Of a stretch of 52,866 nucleotides of DNA, positions 47,260-52,866 are shown one piece after another. The position numbers and the translations under genes were made by a program. The stretch is from IMG/VR virus record IMGVR_UViG_3300007960_000032, positions 1 to 52,866 of that record; one strand, written 5' to 3'. Numbering within the stretch: the stretch's first letter is position 1; each line of letters opens with the position of its first letter. This DNA is from a virus. Its lineage: Duplodnaviria; Caudoviricetes. Below the pieces are notes generated by a model, which was not told the origin of the DNA, searched no databases, and saw only the letters and a list, made by a program, of their open reading frames with translations.

Positions 47260-48266
47260 ACCTATTTAAACGAGCAATATTTTTTACAGACGTGCATTTT
47301 GGTTTGAAAAGCAATTCTAGACTACACAACCAGGATTGCTTAAACTTTGTCGATTTTGTCATTAAAACTGGCAAAGAGCAAAACTGCGAAACCTGTGTGT
47401 TTTTAGGGGACTGGCATAACAACCGTGCTAGCCTTCAAATTGGCACACTAAACTATAGTGTTCAAGCTATTGATAAACTCAGCGCGGCGTTTGATCAAAT
47501 CATCTTTATCCCAGGCAACCACGACGAACATTACCGTGACACTCGTGAGATGAACAGTGTTGTTTGGGCAAAGAAGTATGACAACGTCAGAATATTTGAC
47601 GAGATTACAACTGTTGATGATGTTTGCATTACGCCCTGGCTAGTTGGCGACGAGCATAAACAGATCAAGAAGATCGAAGCCAAATATATGTTTGGGCACT
47701 TTGAACTGCCTAGTTTTTATATGAACGCTATGGTGCAGATGCCTGATGTTGGTGATTTGCGCCGTGATGATCTTAAATGTGAGACTGTGTTTACTGGTCA
47801 TTTCCATAAGCGTCAAACTAACAAGAACATTACATACATTGGCAATGCTTTCCCTCACAACTATGCTGACGTTGGTGACGACGACCGCGGCTGTATGATA
47901 TTAGATTGGGGCAAGGATCCGGTTTATATTGCTTGGCCTGATGCACCCAAGTATAGGAAGTTTCGACTCAGTGAGATACTTGAAGATACAGACCAGCTAC
48001 TGCAATCTAACATGTATTGTCGTGTTGAGATTGATGTCGACATTAGTTACGAAGAAGCAACATTTATTAAAGAGCAGTTTATTCCACAGTATAACTTGCG
48101 TGAGCTTAGTTTAATTCAGAGAACTGACATTGAAGAGCATTCCCAAACATTTGATGGCGAAGTAAACTTTGAAAGTGTTGATAGCATAGTAACTAGCCAT
48201 CTTACTCAACTTGAAACTGCTCAATATGACAGACAACTAATGCTAGACATTTACAGGAATCTATAA
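47256..48266 (+). CDS. 47: Recombination endonuclease subunit, gp47/SbcD/Mre11-like
   Basis: Metallophosphoesterase motifs DVHFG, LGD, GNHD, GHFE, GHFH. Confidence 0.93.
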   Translation: MNLFKRAIFFTDVHFGLKSNSRLHNQDCLNFVDFVIKTGKEQNCETCVFLGDWHNNRASLQIGTLNYSVQAIDKLSAAFDQIIFIPGNHDEHYRDTREMNSVVWAKKYDNVRIFDEITTVDDVCITPWLVGDEHKQIKKIEAKYMFGHFELPSFYMNAMVQMPDVGDLRRDDLKCETVFTGHFHKRQTNKNITYIGNAFPHNYADVGDDDRGCMILDWGKDPVYIAWPDAPKYRKFRLSEILEDTDQLLQSNMYCRVEIDVDISYEEATFIKEQFIPQYNLRELSLIQRTDIEEHSQTFDGEVNFESVDSIVTSHLTQLETAQYDRQLMLDIYRNL

Positions 48267-48267
48267 A

Positions 48268-48972
48268 ATGCTTTGGGCTACTGGTTGCAGTCACACATAC
48301 GGCGACGACTTAGACGACAAGTTGTCTGCTTGGCCATACTTGTTGGCAAAAAAACTTGGCATGAGTTGCAATAACAATGCAGTGTCAGGAGGCAGTAACG
48401 AAAGAATACTATACGAATCAGTTAAATCTAACACAAGTGATCTTGCTGTAATTGCATGGACATACAAAGAAAGATTTACTAGATACGACAATTCAAATAA
48501 CTTTCAAATAAACTTTAACCCTGAATTAGCTCACAGTAAGTATAGTGACCTGTATTATTTTAACCAGTACGGAAAATTACACTATGCACATTGGTCTAAT
48601 ACGTTGTATGAATTTAAAATCTGGCTACAACAAATAATAGTATTGCAGAGGTATTTTGAATCTAAGTCACAAAGATACTTAATGTTAAATGCTGCACAAA
48701 ATAACTATAATGCATTTTCATCATCCTGGTTAGAGTTTAACAATAATATTAAAGACCTAGTATGCTTTGATGTTATGAATGACGAGCAACTATACCAAGA
48801 ACACCAAGAAATACAAAAATATATTGCTGAAATTGATATGACATGCTATTATAGTATTAATAATTTCCATATAACTGATCTTCATTCACAATATCCTGTT
48901 GGCGACACTAAGCATTTACTCGATGAGGGTCATCAACATCTGGCAGATAGGCTATACAATTGTTTCAGATAA
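48268..48972 (+). CDS. SGNH/GDSL-fold-like hypothetical protein
   Basis: N-terminal GCSHTYG (GDS-like block I), N.AVSGGSN (block II), C-terminal D..H...GH (block V-like). Confidence 0.6.
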   Translation: MLWATGCSHTYGDDLDDKLSAWPYLLAKKLGMSCNNNAVSGGSNERILYESVKSNTSDLAVIAWTYKERFTRYDNSNNFQINFNPELAHSKYSDLYYFNQYGKLHYAHWSNTLYEFKIWLQQIIVLQRYFESKSQRYLMLNAAQNNYNAFSSSWLEFNNNIKDLVCFDVMNDEQLYQEHQEIQKYIAEIDMTCYYSINNFHITDLHSQYPVGDTKHLLDEGHQHLADRLYNCFR

Positions 48973-50729
48973 ATGCATTATCGGTAAAGAATTTCATGAG
49001 CGTGGGCAATCAGACCCAGGCTGTAGACTTTGACCGTAAAGACTTAACGTTAGTGCTTGGTGCTAATTATGATCAAGGAGGTGATGACTCTGGCGCCAGA
49101 AATGGCACGGGTAAAACCACAATCATCAATGCACTCAGTTATGCTCTTTACGGTCAAGCCTTAACTAACATCAAGAAAGATAACTTAATCAATAAAACCA
49201 ACGGCAAAGGCATGATGGTTACTGTTGATTTTGAAGTTAATGGTGTTGCTTATAGGCTTGAACGTGGACGTAAACCAAACGTCTTAAAATACTTTATTGC
49301 TAATCACGAACAGGAAAGCACTGAGTCACAACAAGGTGATAGTAGAGAGACACAAAAAGAAATTGAACGTATGCTTGGCATGAGCCATGACATGTTTAAA
49401 CACCTCGTCGCTCTAAACACTTACACTCAGCCTTTCCTGAGTTTGGGAGCAAATGATCAACGTGCTATTATAGAGCAGTTGTTGGGCATTACCTTGCTCA
49501 GCGAAAAGGCAGATTCTCTTAAAGAGATGACACGCCAGACTAAGGACTTGATTACCCAAGAAGAGTTTCGTATTAAAGCAGTGGAAGATGCTAACCGTAG
49601 AATTCAGGAGCAGATTGACAGTGCTAAAAAGAGACAGAAGCTCTGGCTACTAAAAAGAGACGAAGATGTTGTAAAACTTAAACAGGGTATCGACGACCTT
49701 GGTCATGTAGACATTGACAGCGAACTTGAAAATCATAAACTACTAGAAGAATTTTATGATAAACTAAAGGCTGTACAGGAAGCTGAACGCTGGATTACTA
49801 GTTTGGACCAGGATGACACAAAACAAACAAAACTAATTGAAAAATTAGACAAGGAAATCCAGTTGTTGTATGAGCACAAGTGTCATGCCTGTGGTCAGGA
49901 TATTCATGATGACAAACAACAGACTATTGTTGACAGTAAAATATCACAGCGCCAGGATGCCAGCAATCATGTTCTTGATAATGACAAGAAGCGTCAGGAA
50001 TATATTGCAGTAATCCAAGAGATTGGCGAAGTTGGTTCAGCACCTACAGTGTTTTATGATACGCTACAGGATGCCTACAATCATCGTACTAGCGTAGACG
50101 CACTTAAAAAAGAACTAGAGCAACGTGAGAATCAGGAAGATCCATACGACGAGCAAATTCAAGAGATGTCAGACACTGGTGTTGAAGAAGTGTCCTGGGA
50201 TACCATTAATGACTTAACTAGTATGCAGGATCACCAGGAGTTCTTGTTGAAGCTATTGACAAATAAAGATAGCTTTATACGTAAACGAATTATTGATCAG
50301 AACCTAGCGTTCTTAAATACTAGACTCACTTATTACTTGAACAAAATGGGCTTGCCACACAGTGTTAAGTTTATGAATGATCTATCTGTAGAGATACAAG
50401 AATTAGGCAGAGACTTGGACTTTGATAACCTGTCACGTGGTGAGCGTAATCGTTTAATTTTAAGTTTAAGCTGGGCATTCCGTGACGTTTGGGAAAGTTT
50501 ATACCATCCTATTAACTTGCTGTTTATTGACGAGGTTGTTGACAGTGGCATGGATGCAAGCGGAGTAGAAAGTGCCCTTGCAGTACTTAAAAAGATGGCA
50601 AGAGATAGAAACAAGAGCGTATGGCTAGTTAGTCACAAGGATGAACTAGCTGGGCGTGTTAATAACTTGATGAAGGTTATCAAGGAAAATGGCTTCACCA
50701 GCTACGACACTGATGTGGAGATGGTATAA
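48960..50729 (+). CDS. 46: Recombination ATPase subunit, gp46/SbcC/Rad50-like
   Basis: Walker A GARNGTGKT, coiled coil with CHAC zinc hook, LSRGE signature, FIDE Walker B, SH switch; TTG start. Confidence 0.95.
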   Translation: MFQINALSVKNFMSVGNQTQAVDFDRKDLTLVLGANYDQGGDDSGARNGTGKTTIINALSYALYGQALTNIKKDNLINKTNGKGMMVTVDFEVNGVAYRLERGRKPNVLKYFIANHEQESTESQQGDSRETQKEIERMLGMSHDMFKHLVALNTYTQPFLSLGANDQRAIIEQLLGITLLSEKADSLKEMTRQTKDLITQEEFRIKAVEDANRRIQEQIDSAKKRQKLWLLKRDEDVVKLKQGIDDLGHVDIDSELENHKLLEEFYDKLKAVQEAERWITSLDQDDTKQTKLIEKLDKEIQLLYEHKCHACGQDIHDDKQQTIVDSKISQRQDASNHVLDNDKKRQEYIAVIQEIGEVGSAPTVFYDTLQDAYNHRTSVDALKKELEQRENQEDPYDEQIQEMSDTGVEEVSWDTINDLTSMQDHQEFLLKLLTNKDSFIRKRIIDQNLAFLNTRLTYYLNKMGLPHSVKFMNDLSVEIQELGRDLDFDNLSRGERNRLILSLSWAFRDVWESLYHPINLLFIDEVVDSGMDASGVESALAVLKKMARDRNKSVWLVSHKDELAGRVNNLMKVIKENGFTSYDTDVEMV

Positions 50730-50775
50730 TTCAGATTATCCAGATTAAAATAACAGATAGCATATATACTAGACG

Positions 50776-51231
50776 ATGACAAACTGGATAAAGTCTGACG
50801 GCGTATCACTAAACGAAATTACAGTATTGCCTGAAGACTGTGTAGGTTTTGTATACCTTATTACGAATACTAAATCTAATAGAAAATATATCGGAAAAAA
50901 ACTTGCAAAATTTGCAAAAACCAAGTATCGTATAGTTAAGTTAAAGAATGGCACAAAGAAAAGAAAAAAAATAAAAGAGAAAATAGACTCAGATTGGCAA
51001 ACATATTACGGCTCATCTAATGAATTATTGGCAGACATCGAAGCACTCGGCAAAAGCTGCTTTACCCGTGAAATACTCTACTATTGTTACAGCAAGGCAG
51101 AGTGTAGTTACTTAGAAGCAAGAGAACAGTTTAGGCACAAAGTATTAGAATCAGACGACTGGTATAACGGACAAATAAGAGTTAGAGTCCACCAAAGCCA
51201 GCACGTCATTAACGAAGCAAATCAAGACTAA
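50776..51231 (+). CDS. Minimal GIY-YIG family endonuclease
   Basis: GFVYLITN...RKYIGKK, YYGSS, F.REIL, E, YN; basic insert KFAKTKYRIVKLKNGTKKRKK; no appended DNA-binding repeats. Confidence 0.8.
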   Translation: MTNWIKSDGVSLNEITVLPEDCVGFVYLITNTKSNRKYIGKKLAKFAKTKYRIVKLKNGTKKRKKIKEKIDSDWQTYYGSSNELLADIEALGKSCFTREILYYCYSKAECSYLEAREQFRHKVLESDDWYNGQIRVRVHQSQHVINEANQD

Positions 51232-51795
51232 ACAGGCTCACACAGAACCCTCATTATCAGCACATAAGATTGATCCGTCAGTTATTTTGGATTGTGGAAA
51301 ACGCAGGCGCTCCCTGCACACGTACACGTTGTTTCTGTGAACCCTGGGTTCAGCGTAGAATGCTCTGCTGACATTCGAACAACACATATTACTCATAAAA
51401 ACCCCTTAGCAACAGGAACGAAGCGGGGGATAGAATGTAATCATCGTGTTACGTTAATCGCTAATAACGTAACATAAAGCTGACATTAACCAGGTTAATG
51501 TACAGTTTATAGTACATTTGATGTCGATGTAGGTTGGGAAAGGTCAGAGCCCAATGAGTAGTGTAAAATACCTACTTCCAATGTCTTGGCTGTGACATCT
51601 CACATGAAGTCAGAAAAGACGGAACCCTAAAACAGGTTCCGTCTGACTGAAACTATCTACATGAAGTATTCATCTATCATATAATATCACGATAAAATAT
51701 CTTATAATTACAGTAATTAAGACCTGGGAAATGGATTAGTAATAAGAAAAAGTAACACGAACGACAGTGAAGTGTTAGATGAACGTAGTTCATCT
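51232..51795 (+). ncRNA. Candidate large structured non-coding RNA (or structured DNA element); boundaries and strand uncertain
   Basis: No credible ORF; at least ten local stems plus long-range and crossing pairings visible by eye (see findings). Confidence 0.5.
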
Positions 51796-51807
51796 CCTTA
51801 GTATCGG

Positions 51808-51835
51808 TTGACAGATAAATTTAACGTATTATAAT
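51808..51835 (+). promoter_or_regulatory. Sigma70-type promoter
   Basis: TTGACA (51808-51813), 16 nt, TATAAT (51830-51835); both hexamers are consensus. Confidence 0.7.
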
Positions 51836-51889
51836 AGTTTATACAAGAGTTTAAATATTCGACCACATTGTGTGGTGGAGGAAAACTTT

Positions 51890-52066
51890 ATGACAAACAA
51901 ATATGTAGTAGTAAGAGAAAAAGATGTTATGAATGCCAACTCAGAATCTGAGGCAAGTGAAATTATGGCAATTTTAAGTAGTCAACATCCTCAAGACAAA
52001 TATTGTATTTTAGAGGTTCATCCTACAAGACCCAAAGGCATGGGCAGAGATCCGGACTTACATTAA
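51890..52066 (+). CDS. Hypothetical protein (58 aa)
   Basis: GGAGG RBS 8 nt before the ATG at 51890, preferred over the tracked GTG at 51872. Confidence 0.7.
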   Translation: MTNKYVVVREKDVMNANSESEASEIMAILSSQHPQDKYCILEVHPTRPKGMGRDPDLH

Positions 52067-52067
52067 C

Positions 52068-52259
52068 ATGGATAAAAGAAAACAAGTAGAACTAGAAAGT
52101 GCTTTTTTATCATTTTGTAATGTAGCTAATGACCTTGGTTTTGAGTTTACTTATGATAGTAAAATAGAATGTTATCATTCTGGTGAGTCAGCTAATATTA
52201 TGTCTAATAGAGTTAAGTTAGACCCTAAAGAATTTATTAGCACCGATCCAGAAGATTAA
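52068..52259 (+). CDS. Hypothetical protein (63 aa)
   Basis: Starts 1 nt after the upstream stop; its stop overlaps the convergent stop (TTAA). Confidence 0.6.
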   Translation: MDKRKQVELESAFLSFCNVANDLGFEFTYDSKIECYHSGESANIMSNRVKLDPKEFISTDPED

Positions 52260-52474
52260 AAAAAAGGCATTCCTGTTTTCTTTGTAGTTTCCAGGTTTCC
52301 TTCAACTACATCAGTCATTATTGGCATGTCTGATACTCCAAGTTGCATCATCTCGTTTAAAGTTATGCCTCCGCGCATATACCAGCACATTTCAAATATT
52401 CTCTTTTTAATTGTTTTCGCCTCTTGATCCATGCTTTCGAGTTTTTTTACAATCTCAGCATTAGATAAGGTCAA
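52256..52474 (-). CDS. Baseplate hub assembly/tail chaperone second ORF (gp51-like), possibly reached by -1 frameshift
   Basis: CWYMRGGITLNEMMQL motif; TTG start overlapping the upstream stop; in the -1 frame of a T TTT TTC heptamer. Confidence 0.65.
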   Translation of the reverse strand: MTLSNAEIVKKLESMDQEAKTIKKRIFEMCWYMRGGITLNEMMQLGVSDMPIMTDVVEGNLETTKKTGMPFF

Positions 52475-52866
52475 GAGGCTAATGCGAAAAAATTTGATTG
52501 GTCAAATGTAAACGGAGTTTCGTATTCATGCTGGCAATCAGGGCACTTTGCGTTAACTGTTTTATTAGGCATCATCTCGTTAATCTTTGCCTGATGCTTT
52601 TCAATTTTCTCAAAAACTCCACGATCACTGTTGGTAATAAAATCGTCGATAAAACCAATGTTTGATACTCGTGTTCCGTCAGGCATCAAAATATATTCAA
52701 TGCTTCCGATGATATTTTTAACTGTTAAACTTGTCATCTTTTCAAAAATCTCATTAAACTTAGTTTGCTTTTGGTCAGCATCTAAAGTCTGATCATTAAC
52801 CAGAGTTATTAATCTTTGTTGCTCAAACACTTCCAAGTTTGTTGTGTTAGCACTCTTAAACGACTG
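52471..52866 (-). CDS. C-terminal part of a baseplate hub/tail assembly chaperone, T4 gp26-like (5' truncated)
   Basis: Frame open to the window edge; C-terminal CPDC...FD.SNFF typical of gp26-like proteins. Confidence 0.7.
   Translation of the reverse strand, partial: QSFKSANTTNLEVFEQQRLITLVNDQTLDADQKQTKFNEIFEKMTSLTVKNIIGSIEYILMPDGTRVSNIGFIDDFITNSDRGVFEKIEKHQAKINEMMPNKTVNAKCPDCQHEYETPFTFDQSNFFALAS

Noticed and set aside
51292-51477. 61-aa ORF in the non-coding region
   Set aside because: TTG start, no RBS, atypical composition, and it overlaps multiple stems; better explained as structured non-coding sequence.
51232-51795. tRNA, tmRNA, RNase P RNA, hammerhead or group I intron identity for the structured region
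   Set aside because: No cloverleaf with a T-loop/CCA end, no tmRNA termini, CTGACTGAAAC does not fit CUGANGA...GAAA spacing, and no interrupted gene flanks it. A covariance-model search is still needed.
51859-51881. Hairpin ACCACA-ttg-TGTGGT next to the GGAGG RBS
   Set aside because: Only a 6-bp core with a 3-nt loop; could be chance, so it is not called as a regulatory element.
1-52866. Stop-codon reassignment or a diversity-generating retroelement
   Set aside because: Code-11 ORFs tile the window densely and use TAA, TAG and TGA as stops. No reverse transcriptase is present, and the two similar fibre C-termini differ at many non-adenine positions.

Overview
A 52.9 kb segment of a large T4-superfamily-like myovirus (tailed dsDNA phage; standard genetic code; host not determinable from this window). 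Left arm (1-15.1 kb, almost all minus strand): a tightly coupled accessory operon with six tandem radical SAM enzymes carrying N-terminal twitch/SPASM-type Cys clusters, four glycosyltransferase-like genes, a NodU/CmcH carbamoyltransferase, a half-size Na+/Pi cotransporter, dCMP deaminase and several unannotated micro-ORFs. It converges on the 3' end of a DegT-type aminotransferase. Middle (15.2-46.3 kb, minus strand): tail fibre and baseplate module (two fibres sharing a YADxAE C-terminal domain, a 4559-aa wedge protein, and gp6-, gp25-, gp5-, gp27-, gp53- and gp48/54-like genes) with one free-standing HNH endonuclease and recurrent TAAATA late promoters. Right arm (plus strand): gp55-like late sigma factor, gp47 and gp46 separated by an SGNH-like gene, a minimal GIY-YIG nuclease followed by about 560 nt of densely base-paired non-coding sequence, two small ORFs, and a minus-strand gp26-like/gp51-like pair linked by a candidate -1 frameshift. 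The best candidates for undescribed systems are the radical SAM/glycosyltransferase/carbamoyltransferase operon and the GIY-YIG plus structured-RNA locus. All family calls come from motif recognition by eye, not database searches.
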